Shown: positions 1 through 11,061 of the stretch, piece by piece | Layout: every line of letters begins with the position of its first letter | How positions within the stretch are numbered: the first letter of the stretch is position 1 | NCBI GenBank assembly: GCA_043228905.1 | Contig: JBHGNT010000007.1 | Span: forward strand, 1,116,001-1,180,000 | DNA from: Azolla caroliniana | Taxonomy: Eukaryota > Plantae > Polypodiophyta | Reading direction: 5' to 3' | DNA: 64,000 bases | Notes under the pieces: model-generated | Seen by the model: the letters and a program-made list of their open reading frames with translations, nothing else | Told to the model about the DNA's origin: nothing | The model's database searches: none | Translations under genes and position numbers: made by a program

Positions 1-470
1 TTTGTGGTTTTGTCCCCTACTCGAATCCATCGCGCCATGCTACCATGAAACTCCATGTCATATATTTTCTTTTCTGCCATGCTAAGTTCCTGTTTGGTTG
101 TGCCGACTTGTCGTGCGATCCAAATACAGGACGAGTATCTCTGTTGGAGTCGTTGTAAGGCTATTAGTCCCCGTTTTGTCCTCTGTAGCTTCTCCTGAGC
201 ATCCTTGCGTCTGGTCTTGACAATCTCATGTAGGAGAGTAGAGGCTCTTGTTAATTTAGCTAAAAGTTTGTCCGATGCTGATGAGCCATTGACGGGTAAT
301 GACCATTGGTTGGATAGTTGGTCCTTCACGTCTATAAGTGTGTAAATAGTGTGTGGGATGTAAGTTTGGAATGTGCCCCATTTTCGGTGCAATTGAAAAT
401 GACCAACTACCGGGTAATGGTCAGAGAAAGTCGTGCCTGGAGTTATGCGACACCACCCTCCCTTCACTTC

Positions 471-894
471 TGTCAGGAATAGTACTAAAGCAGAGATGGA
501 ATTAGTACTAAGAAGAGTAGTACTATTAGTACTAAGAGGACGGGACTGCGTAAGATTCCTGAGAGAGAGGAAGTGAGAAGAGGAGAGAGAGAGATAGGAT
601 GATGACAACAACTCTTATATTATATGAAAGATAAGTACAAATCGGCTAAGAGACTTAAGACTGGTGTTGAACCAATTTGGTTCAAAACAATGCCTTGTGC
701 CTCCTTTTATAGTGTTTTTAGGAATAATCCTGAAGCTTCTAGAATGTTCCAAAGAGATCTGGAATATACATCAATTTTCTATGATAAAACATAAATGATA
801 ATAATATTCTACAAATTACAATTCATAGTCTAATGGTAAGAGCTCGACCCATGTAGCATAAGGTCATGGGTTCGAGTCTTGCCATATCATGACA
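471..894 (-). repeat. 3' LTR of Tcn1-like element 1
   Basis: tgtcaggaat...tatcatgaca, adjacent to the PPT; homologous to 20053-20481 and to pieces in 2512-3490. Confidence 0.9.
826..884 (+). promoter_or_regulatory. tRNA-like A-box/B-box module in LTR U3, antisense to the element (second copy at 3422-3480)
   Basis: TAGTCTAATGGTAAG, 29 nt, GTTCGAGTC. Confidence 0.65.
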
Positions 895-905
895 TTATCT
901 CCCCC

Positions 906-2381
906 TTAAAGACGACGAGTGGAATGAGTCGGCGCTAATTGCGGACCGGGTTTGTCCAGATACTTTCGGTGGAAATCAGCAAGAAGATCTTGTGCATTGG
1001 CAACATGCTCGACGGGTTCCCAAGTACGTTCGCTTGGACTATAACCGAGCCAATCGACCAAGTAATAAAGTTTGTTGCGAACAAGTTTGGAATCGAGGAT
1101 GGCAGCAACTTCATACTCCGGGCCGGCGTCCAACTCCAGCGGGGGCGGCGGTGGTGTCACACGATCGGGAATGGTGTTTGCTTTATAAGGTTCAAGAAGA
1201 GAACAATGGAAAACCGGATGTATCTGAAGCGGTGGAGGGAGATCAAGGCAGAAGGTGACATCATTAATCTTACACGTAATACGGAAAGGACCGAGTCGTC
1301 GATAATCCAACTTGTCGCACGGTCGAGTAGTCTTGATGTGACGACGTAAGAGCCATACTCGATCTCCGATGGCAAAAGAGGAGGGAATCCGATGACGATC
1401 CGCATAAGTCTTCTGTGTGTGTTGAGCATGACGAAGGTGAGTAGAGAGATCCATCTGGATCTTGCGTAGCCTCTCCAAATGGTCCTCGGCACGAGGGTTG
1501 GTAGGTAGCTCCGAAGTGTCGATCACCGACCAGCGAGGATGGAAACCGGTATAAGCGAAAAATGGGGAGACCCGAGTCAAGGAGTGAATAGCATTATTAT
1601 ACGCAAACTCCGCAAAGTGGAGAATCTCAGCCCAATCGTCCTGTTGATAACTCAGGAAACACCAGAGATATTGCTCCAGCATTTGGTTTGTTCGTTTTGC
1701 CTGCTCGTCGGTCTGAGGATGGTAGCCGGAGGAGAGGTTGCAGGAGACGTTGAGCATCTTGAAGAGATGCTGCCAAAATTTGGAGACAAATTGCGGGCCT
1801 CGGTCACTGATAATACTGTCTGGGAAGCCATGATGCCGAAATACCTCACGCATAACGAGAGCGGCGGTTTCCTCGCTAGTGATGGCTTTAGTACATGGCA
1901 CAAAATGTGCCATCTTCGTATATCGATCAACGACGGTTAGGATAGCGTCGAACCCCTTCGAGACCGGCAGATCTGTGATAAAATCAAGACAAATAGACTG
2001 CCATGGCTTACTTGGAATCGGTAAGGGTTCCAACAAGCCATATGGATGGTGTCGTGGCATCTTTGCTCGGTAGCAAACATCACAGGTCCGAACGTAGTCG
2101 TTGACAAAACGGCGCATGTGGGGCCACCAAAAAGATCGTTGCACTAGCTCCAACGTCTTAGTACTACCGAAATGTCCCGCCGTATGGGTGTCGTGACAAT
2201 GTTGGATGATTTGAAGGCGACAGGAGCAATCGGGGACATATACGCGCTTTTTAAAGAATAACAAACCATCATGATATTCGAATTGTCGGTAGTCAATACC
2301 TGGTTGTTGAGACCGAGAACAGGATGCCCGAGAAGTATCAATGTGCGCCAGGATGTCTTGAGGAAAACTATCCGTCTTCAA
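906..2381 (-). CDS. Gypsy integrase with C-terminal chromodomain (partial pol)
   Basis: HHCC zinc finger (HDTHTAGH...CDVC), core motifs LDFITDLP and SDRGPQF, GPF motif, chromodomain YEVAAILDSK...YLVDWLGYSPSERTWEP. Confidence 0.9.
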   Translation of the reverse strand: MKTDSFPQDILAHIDTSRASCSRSQQPGIDYRQFEYHDGLLFFKKRVYVPDCSCRLQIIQHCHDTHTAGHFGSTKTLELVQRSFWWPHMRRFVNDYVRTCDVCYRAKMPRHHPYGLLEPLPIPSKPWQSICLDFITDLPVSKGFDAILTVVDRYTKMAHFVPCTKAITSEETAALVMREVFRHHGFPDSIISDRGPQFVSKFWQHLFKMLNVSCNLSSGYHPQTDEQAKRTNQMLEQYLWCFLSYQQDDWAEILHFAEFAYNNAIHSLTRVSPFFAYTGFHPRWSVIDTSELPTNPRAEDHLERLRKIQMDLSTHLRHAQHTQKTYADRHRIPSSFAIGDRVWLLRRHIKTTRPCDKLDYRRLGPFRITCKINDVTFCLDLPPPLQIHPVFHCSLLEPYKANTIPDRVTPPPPPLELDAGPEYEVAAILDSKLVRNKLYYLVDWLGYSPSERTWEPVEHVANAQDLLADFHRKYLDKPGPQLAPTHSTRRL

Positions 2382-2511
2382 GGTTGCATGTATGTCATCA
2401 GTAATCCGTGANNNNNNNNNNNNNNNNNNNNNNNNNNNNNNNNNNNNNNNNNNNNNNNNNNNNNNNNNNNNNNNNNNNNNNNNNNNNNNNNNNNNNNNNN
2501 NNNNNNNNNNN

Positions 2512-3274
2512 AAATTGGTTCAACACCAGTCTTAAGTCTCTTAGCCGATTTGTACTTATCTTTCATATAATATAAGAGCTGCTTTCATCATCCTATCTCT
2601 CTCTCTCCTCTTCTCACTTCCTCTCTCTCGGGAATCTTACGCAGTCCCGTCCTCTTAGTACTAATAGTAATACTCTTCTTAGTACTAATTCCATCTCTGC
2701 TTTAGTACTATTCCTAACACTATTATCAGTGACCGAGGCCCGCAATTTGTCTCCAGATTTTGGCAGCATCTCTTCAAGATGCTCAACGTCTCCTGCAACC
2801 TCTCCTCCGGCTACCATCCTCAGACCGACGGGCAGGCAAAACGAACAAACCAAACGTTGGAGCAATATCTCCGGTGTTTCCTAAGTTATCAACAGGACGA
2901 TTGGGCCGAGATTCTCCACTTTGCGGAGTTTGCGTATAATAATGCTATTCACTCGACTCGGGTCTCCCCATTTTTCGCTTATACCGGTTTCCATCCTCGC
3001 TGGTCGGTGATCGACACTCCGGAGCTACCTACCAACCCTCGTGCCGAGGATCATTTGGAGAGGCTACGCAAGATCCAGACTTAAGCCGATTTGTACTTAT
3101 CTTTCATATAATATAAGAGCTGCTGTCATCATCCTATCTCTCTCTCTCCTCTTCTCACTTCCTCTCTCTCGGGAATCTTACGCAGTCCCGTCCTCTTAGT
3201 ACTAATAGTACTACTCTTCTTAGTACTAATTCCATCTCTGCTTTAGTACTATTCCTGATAGTTTGAACCAATTT
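2512..3274 (+). repeat. Inverted R-U5 LTR pieces (2512-2719, 3079-3260) flanking an inverted integrase fragment (about 2720-3078), followed by the self-priming PBS (3261-3274)
   Basis: Reverse complement of LTR 471-678 and of integrase about 1454-1815. ORF 2779-3084 is nearly identical to part of ORF 906-2381. Confidence 0.8.
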
Positions 3275-6200
3275 GGTTCAAAACAATGCCTTGTGCCTCC
3301 TTTTATAGTGTTTTTAGGAATAATCCTGAAGCTTCTAGAATGTTCCAGAGAGATCTGGAATATACATCAATTTTCTATGATAAAGCATAAATGAGAATAA
3401 TATCCTACAAATTACAATTCATAGTCTAATGGTAAGAGCTCGACCCATGTAGCATAAGGTCATGGGTTTGAGTCTTGCCATATCATGACAGCTTCTAGAG
3501 CCTCCCCCACATAAATGCGGTCAATGCGAGATAGGGTGGGTCCACTATTTCGCCCGTCTGATCGGAAGAATAGGGTGCCAGATGTCTCGCAGGTTAAGGT
3601 GGACACATAGCTTCTCCTATTGTTTACGTTCCCTTCCTTGTAGAACTATGGGGTTGTTGTTGGAGCCATCGTGGATGGATTCGATCATATTAAAATCCCC
3701 TCAAAAGCACCACTCTTCTGCACCCACTACTTGTAGGCGGATGTGGTCCCAGAATGTTGCTCTTTCTGTTCTGTTATTTGGAGCATAAACATTCATGAAG
3801 TTCCATCGTTGCCCTTGGATGGCCAACGTGCAAAAATGTGCCCTACCAAGTATAAGTGATTCTTGGTGTATTAAGCCTTGGGCTAGATGTTCCCGAATCA
3901 AAGTGCAAATATCACCATGATTTCCATCCTCCCCAATTGTTGGCTCCCAAATCGTTCGCCATGATCCTGGTAGAAGGTCTCCGACTTCCTTTAACTGTGT
4001 GCTATCAAGGTGGTGTTCTTGCAACATGATGATGTCAGCACCACTCCCTAGTAAATATTCTTCAAGATCCCTTCTCAGTTTCTATCTATTTTGCTGGTCT
4101 AGTCTACTTCTGAGTCCTTGCACGTTCCATGTTATAATCTTCATACTCATGGAATGGGGTGGGAGGTTGCCAGTTGTGCCTGGTGCTTTGTACAACAAGT
4201 CGTGAGTGGGGAGCACTCACCATTTAGACATCCAGTCATTTCCAGGGATGGAATAGTGGTCCACATACATGAGTGGAGTTTGTGGGCTATCCTATGAGCT
4301 TCAATCGCCCCTTCATGCTTCTCATAGAAATAGACAAAGCTTGGAGTTAGTTGGGTGTCTATGATAATGCGCGGGTGGATGTGGCAAAGATGGGGGTCCT
4401 CTTCATCCATGGTGAACTAGAATTCAGTGTTATGCCAATGTTGCTTTAGTTCATTCATGAGCTCTTCATCTCTTATTTGTGCTACAAAGCACGCTGCTTG
4501 GCTACATAACATATCTTTAATCTTGGATTTCGACCAATCTTCCTGAGTCGGAAGCAAGAGTGGAAAGGAGATTGAGGTTGTCGGAACTCCGTTCTTGTGC
4601 ACCACTGATACATGTACCCTTATTTTTTCCATTGTCTTGAGCCCTATACCTAGCCATTTCAAGGCGTTTTGTGGGTGTGGTTCAAGGTCTTGGCTAGAGG
4701 AAGCACACTCATTTGTGTCCGGGACGACTATGATTTGAGGCGTGACATTCACACTTCTGCCTTGGTTTGTTGCTTCTGCATTGGGTGCCGTTCCACTCAA
4801 GCTCCTTATTAGGGTCTTTACATGACTTATTCGTCTGCGTTTCCCTATTTTGTAAGCTTTAACGAGAACTTTCTCTTGTGTGCTTGGTTTCACCTTAGGT
4901 CGTTCCTTGGGGCTTAAGAAAGAACTAGGGGAATGCTCATCTGTGGGGGGAGCTCTTGTAGTAGATCAAAGCGATTGGGGCTCATAGGCGATGGAGGATT
5001 TTGTGCCGATGATGTTTTTTGAAGGACATGGGTTTTTTCCACCACTCGCTATTCCATCACAGCCTTGTCGGGTCGTGGTGGGGGAGGCTTCTGATGTCTT
5101 ATGGTATCCTGACCTTCCAAAGTCTCCTTTGTAGGATCTTTAATACGTCTTGTGGGGCAGTTCTTTTTTAAATGACCAAGTTTTTTGCATGGACCTAGGT
5201 GCTTCTTTAGTTTGTTTGCTAGCGTTAGTTCCTGTGGTGTTTTGATAATTGGTTTACTATTTATAAATCAATAAAACACTCTACTTGTCATGAAAGTGGG
5301 AAATTCATTATATAAAAGAATTTGTAGTTTTGACTAGACATTGGTTTCCACATTATCATTCACATTAATGTATCCTACATTATCTAGAAAACACTAGCAA
5401 ACCATAGTTTGATCATAGCAAATGGAAATATTTTCTATTTTATTATTTTGTTGACATGCTAGAAGTTCTACATAAAAAGGAGTGACGATGGTGGTACTCG
5501 TTCGATTCTCTACTAACATAAATATGCATGTCAATGTGTTGGCTAGGTAAATATGATTGAGGGTCTTGCTTGTGTAGTGTGACCATGCATGATCCAACAT
5601 GCATTCAATGCAATCTATTTACTAGTCATGAAAATTTCGTGGTCATTTGATTTTTTGTAGCGGTTCGGTTTTAACGGTTTCGGTTTAAATGGTTTCATGG
5701 TTTAAATGTTTGACTTGGTTTAAGTTTCAAAATTTATAAATGGTTCAGTTTTAAACAGTTTGAGTTTGACATTCTCGAACTGAACCGAACCGTTGCCGAT
5801 TGTTACACGCCACCAAACATCTATAAGGCTTATCTCACCTCATAGAAACCAAAGAAAGAAGTTTGTATCACGTGTGACAAGGCTTGTCTTTCGTTGAGGA
5901 GGCCTAAACTTTATCCACTTTCTTGTTGTGTATAGGAAGTTGACCACATCGTTCATGAATTCCCAAATAGATTAACCACCCTAAACAACTAATTGTTTTG
6001 AATATTATGGAAGTCATTGGAACTTGTTAAGTTTAGAAGAACTTCATGGTACATGTCAATATACCTTCTCACAGAATATGCCCCATTTTAAAATGGTCTA
6101 AGGCATTCAAAATATGGTTCCTTTTTAGGAAGGAGTTCCTTCTTAAAGAAATCATCAAAGTTGGCCCAAGTTTAGGGTTGATCCAAATCCTTGGAGCTCA

Positions 6201-6599
6201 TCCACCATTTATAAGCCTTCATGTTGGTAAAAGGCTTGCCTAAACAAGCATAGTGGTATCAAGTCAGGTAACGCAAAGTATGCAAATCCATCCATTTTTA
6301 GAGGAATGCTAACTAAGCTAGTATTGTTGATAAGGCAACACTTCCCCTAAGAAGGAAGGCAACTTTACTATCTTCACATAATATCCACCACCTTGAACAT
6401 ATCTAGAGGGGCTTTGATGTTGCATTCATAATGAATATTGATGGCTTTGTTCACATTTCATTTATAAGTCATGATGAAGTTGAGCATTTTGGCTTCTCCC
6501 TTGTATTGAGCATCTGTCACATATGTTCAATCACTTTGACAACAACTACCAAACCATATGCATTGACCAAAACTCCCATTTGACCAATGATATGCTCTT

Positions 6600-8739
6600 G
6601 ATATTGGATGGCTTCATTGATGCTGCAAATAAAAACATTGGTTCCTTTCGTCCTTCCTTACGTAACTGATTTAGCGAAATGGTTGGAATTCTATGAGTGG
6701 ATGCTTGAGATTTCCGATACTTGATTTCTCTCATTGTCCCCTTATCAAAAACATCGGCATAATGGTGATACTTCTCTGGAAGTTAAATTGTTGACTCCTC
6801 CTTAATGATACTATAAGGCTTCTTTGATGCTACAAATAAAAACATTGGTTCCTTTCGTCCTTCCTTACGTAATTGATGTAGCGAAATGGTTGGAATTCTA
6901 TGAGTGGATGCTTGAGATTTCCGATACTTGATTTCTCTCATTGTCCCCTTATCAAAAACATCGGCATAATGGTGATACTTCTCTGGAAGTTAATTGTTGA
7001 CCCCTCCTTAATAATACTGGAAGGCTTCATTGATGTTGCAAATAAAAACATTGGTTCCTTTTGTCCTTCCTTACGTAATTGATGTTTTTCCTTCCTTACG
7101 TAATTGATGTAGCGAAATGGTTGGAATTCTATGAGCGGATGCTTGAGATTTTCGATACTTGATTTCTCTCGTTGTCCAATTGATTTCGGGGTTGTGTAAC
7201 TCAAACCATGGTAATCCCAGGACAATTGGATGTTCAGGGCTACGACTTATATTAAATGGTATTACACATGCCAAATTATCTAAGAGAACACGAACTGGCT
7301 TTGACTCTTCCACAGTATTTCCAAAAGCAATGGGGTGACCATCAATGAATACTATGGAAGCTGGGCAAGGAAGTTTTCTTAGAGATATCTGATGATCTTG
7401 ATCAAAATTCCTATCCATGAAGCAAGAATTAACCCCGACATCGAGGAGTGCTAAAACATGTATTGAACGGTTGCTTGTAGTACTAACTTCTACTTGAGCT
7501 AAGAACACCTTGCTATCTTGCTTAGAAGAAACAAAACCACTAATGGGCTACACGGATCTAGTTGTCCAACCAAACGACTCCTATTTTGGCTAGACTTAAT
7601 AATTTAACTCTTCTTCTTGTTGGCTAAGGACTTCAAATTTGTTTGATAAACTTGGACTACTAGGATTATCAAACACTCCTAATGAAATAGACTCAGGTTT
7701 AGTAACATCAACTACTTGATTTACCTATAGTCTTGGCCTATGGGGACAATTTATTGCAATATGTCCTGGACCGCCGCAATATACACATAGACTATTTTCT
7801 CGGCATCATTGTTTTTCTTCTTCCGATAATGGTCCATGATGACGTTGTCGTGAAGAAAACCGTCCCTAAGAGGAATCGGTGAATAGTGTGTGTGACCAGG
7901 CCCTTACACGCGGGCACATGTTTTGATGTATTGTACATAGTTTGGTACAGGTTAGCAATGTGAATATCCTAGGTAGTGTGCATGCATTAGGTAGGGAATC
8001 GAGGAGTATCTCTATCCAAAAGGGCAGAGAATAAAAGTGATGTAACAGACTGTAACGTCTCTCTCTCCTTGGGCTATAATAGGAGAGGAAAGGGGACTAA
8101 GTGGTTATCGCGTTGTGTAGGATGAAGTGCTGTTAGATTGGGACCGAGCTCTTCACCTCTATCTTTCACCGTTCTCTGCAGGTTTTGGGAGGCTGCCTCT
8201 GCTTCGTGGAAATCCCGAGTGCTTCCGGCAGAGGCTCCATCTTGCGTTGTCCGTGTGCGTTGTGTGAGTTGGTGTTAGCGCGTTGATGCTTACCGGCTAG
8301 CCGGTTGTAATCTTGATCATAAGTATATATTTGCCTCAGTTGTTGTTCGATCTTCGTTATGAGTTCTCTGTGTATTTGTGCGTGCGGGTTGGCCGTGGTT
8401 TCGTGTCGCTCCTCCCTCCATTCGGTTATTCCTCGGTTCAGGGCCCCCGTGGTCCCGCCTTGGTTTCTCCTGCGCGTGCAGAATAACACGACAACGTGTT
8501 GTGTCGATTTCCATTGGTGTTGGCGTATTTCTAGAGGACGCATTATATAATTCCTTTAGGAAAGGTTTTGCTACGATTGATGCATACGTGGGCTTCGATT
8601 TTGTCCTTGGCATTTGTAATTGTCATTCTGAATGTCGTTCGAAAAACCGATTATTGCATCGTACTGCTCAACTGATTGTCTTCGTGAGTAACTTTGGTTC
8701 TTCGGTAAAAGTCAAGAGTAAATCTTTGATGTCATTACG
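6600..8739 (-). mobile_element. Degenerate Tcn1-like gag-protease fragment with internal tandem duplications of about 0.2 kb, interrupted by a solo LTR
   Basis: ALLDVGVNSCFMD...IVLGLPW protease, PMEID motif and zinc knuckle; colinear with 23700-24780. Confidence 0.8.
7846..8493 (+). mobile_element. Solo LTR of the TGTCGT...ACGACA gypsy group
   Basis: Termini tgtcgtg and cacgaca. TSD acgt at 7842-7845 and 8494-8497. Removing it restores colinearity with the Tcn1 gag at 24526-24548. TATA-like ctataata near 8074. Confidence 0.85.
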
Positions 8740-10296
8740 GTTGGTGTTGTCAACCACACGTCTCCTATGCCGACAATTCGGCATGTACCTTCATTCCCCA
8801 TCCGGACACAACCGTGATCACTAGTTGTGTAGGATGAGAAGCATTTCCGGTCTAGGGTAAGGTGGAACGACGCTCTGGAATCGACAACCCACGTTGTCTC
8901 GTCGCCGGCAAGGTTCAACTCACTCTCCTCGGTAATGAGCATCAACTCTTCTTCACTTGCCGCGATTGCCGTCGTTCCCTTCCGGTCCGGCCCCCTCCAG
9001 TCTTCATCGTTCCGGTCCGGTGTCCGCTTTGAATCGGTACCGTCGGTTTCCTTGTCTTTTCGAAAGTGCCAACAGTTCTTCTAGAAGTGCCCCGGCTTGC
9101 CGCAATAGAAGCAAGTAGGCCTCCCCCTTGACTTTGACCGTGTCCCCGACTTTTCCCGGTTCTGGGGACTACGGTTCCTTTGTCTTCTGCGTTCCAATTC
9201 GGTAAGGAGCGCTTTGGAGTTGGAGCTCGTATCCTTATCTTTCCAACGAGCCTCCTCATCTAGCAAGCTTGACTTCACTCTTGCTAGGGATAACCGTTTC
9301 CCTTCCGGCCCGGCGTGCCTAAAGTGACAACCAACGTCTCCCAGCTATTTGGGAGGGAACCGAGCAGGAGTAGTGCTAGTACCTCATCGGCGAGAGGTAC
9401 TTCTAATGATGTTGCCTAATGTATCAACCCCTGGAAGGCATTCATGTGCTCCGCCATGCTAGAGCCATCTTGATACCGGAGTCTTACTAGCTTCCGAAAT
9501 ACCGAAACCTGATTAACAACATTTTTGTTCTGAAACATAATGTCGATCTTCTCCCAGAGCTCATGAACCTTGCTCTCTTCATTGAAGTTGTTGTATAGAC
9601 TCATGTCGATGAAGCACTGTATGTACGCCGTTGTCTTCATGTGCATCACCTCCCATATCGTGGCATCGATTTTGTCCGGTCTCTTATCCCCGAACTGAAC
9701 CGGCAACCAAAGATCTTTAACCACGAGCATGTCCCTCATCTTCGACTTCCACATTGAATAGTTGGAGCCGGTGAGCTTGAACATGCCTCCCAACGAATCG
9801 TCCATTTTTCTGTGTTGTTTCGCTCTGATACCAATTTGACGTTCAAATCGTTGTCGGCCACAACCGGTTGTACGTGTGCGGAATAATAATCAATCTAATG
9901 GAAGGGAAAAACAGAATACAGAAACTGAGAATGAAACAAATTTTAACATGGAAACCCGAACTGGGAAAAAAACCACGTGGAGTCCACAAACTCCGAAACA
10001 GAACACTATGAGAGAAAGGAATACAATCAGAGATCTCAGAGGCAACGACCTTGAGATCCTACTTCGCCAACATGCAGCTATGGAGCTCACTCGCTTCCAC
10101 TCTCACTCGTTCACTCTCACAGTTACAAAGGCCACGACCTCGACAATAGTAACTTTACAATAATACACACAACTAACATGATTGCCCTAAGTACTTATAT
10201 ACCAATGTAACCTTTTGAATATTTACAAGTTTAGCCCTTCCGTGTTGCTAACTCCACGATTTCCGGTTTCGGCCTCGGCCGAGTTGCTCATCAACA
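8740..10296 (-). mobile_element. 5' part of a Ty1/copia element (LTR 9837-10296, PBS, gag, protease), truncated
   Basis: PBS TGGTATCAGAGCG (initiator Met tRNA) at 9821-9833. Gag MFKLTGSNYSMWKSKM, zinc knuckle CFYCGKPGH, protease WVVDSRASFH. Confidence 0.85.
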
Positions 10297-10871
10297 CAGT
10301 TCTTCTCACTTCCCATCCGGAGGGACTTGTTTTCCTAACAAACTCCCCCTTCACTTCGGCATGGGATGTCTTACGGGTGGAGCGACGAAGCTTTTCATTT
10401 GCAGAGACGAGAGCTTTCTTAGCTCCGATTGGTACATCGAAGCCGCCGAACTCACTGTCGAGTGAGGGAGTCGATTCATCTTTGTCGATGCGATCGTCTT
10501 CGTAATCCAGAACGCGAGTCGAAGTAGATTTTGGATACCGTCTGAAACCGACCCGACTTGAGCTTGAGGGGGCGTGTTGAGAATCAAGCTCAACTTGGTC
10601 TAGTGTGTGAACTCACCTTGAGAGTGAATAGACACTCCAATGGTCAAGAGTCACCATTATGTCACCTCTTTGTATTCTAGTATTTAGTATGAGTCATAGA
10701 ATCATATTCTATGACACATAACTTATGAGTTTTCACATTCCCCATGCTCCATGAGTCTTGTAGTTAATGAAGAGAGAGGGAGACTATATAAAGCACCCTC
10801 CTCCCACCTTGTATGGTAGTTGAGTCTTTCTCCTTTGTTAATACAATCTACCTTGCGTATACTCTATGTCT

Positions 10872-10924
<53 letters not shown>

Positions 10925-11061
10925 CACACACAGTTCACACCTATTCCGCTACACAAGAATCATACCTTCCAAGTTGATCTCTCCCCCATGTCGAGATTCT
11001 ACCCAAGTCTGAGGTTTAGCTCGTCAGTTTGTCTCTTTGTTGCCTCATCGGCTAAATAACA
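10297..11061 (+). mobile_element. 3' end of another LTR element (PPT, then LTR from 10575); right boundary uncertain
   Basis: ttgagggggcg followed directly by tgttgaga; TATA ctatataaa near 10785; (CT)n tract at 10877-10921. Confidence 0.5.

Larger units (their letters stand above)
471..3490 (-). mobile_element. Tcn1-like Ty3/gypsy chromovirus, incompletely assembled or rearranged (100-N gap at 2412-2511)
   Basis: TG...CA LTR ends. Flanks acttc (466-470) and gcttc (3491-3495) look like a 5-bp TSD with one mismatch. PPT at about 895-910. Integrase plus chromodomain ORF. Confidence 0.85.
1..5195 (-). mobile_element. Degenerate L1-clade LINE (ORF1 remnant plus APE endonuclease part of ORF2), interrupted by a Tcn1-like element at 471-3490
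   Basis: Minus-strand ORF2 starts at 4150 as MSMKIITWNVQGLR, with LQEHH, NVYAPN and SRIDRIY motifs (3500-4030). SDHYPVV resumes left of 470. Partial zinc knuckle CKKLGHLKKNC at about 5150-5190. Stops and frameshifts present. Confidence 0.85.

Noticed and set aside
5800-6600. Decayed DNA transposase
   Set aside because: No diagnostic motif could be read with confidence.
7846-8493. tRNA-like module in this solo LTR
   Set aside because: No A/B box pair at the expected spacing was found on either strand, so the module is not universal in the group.
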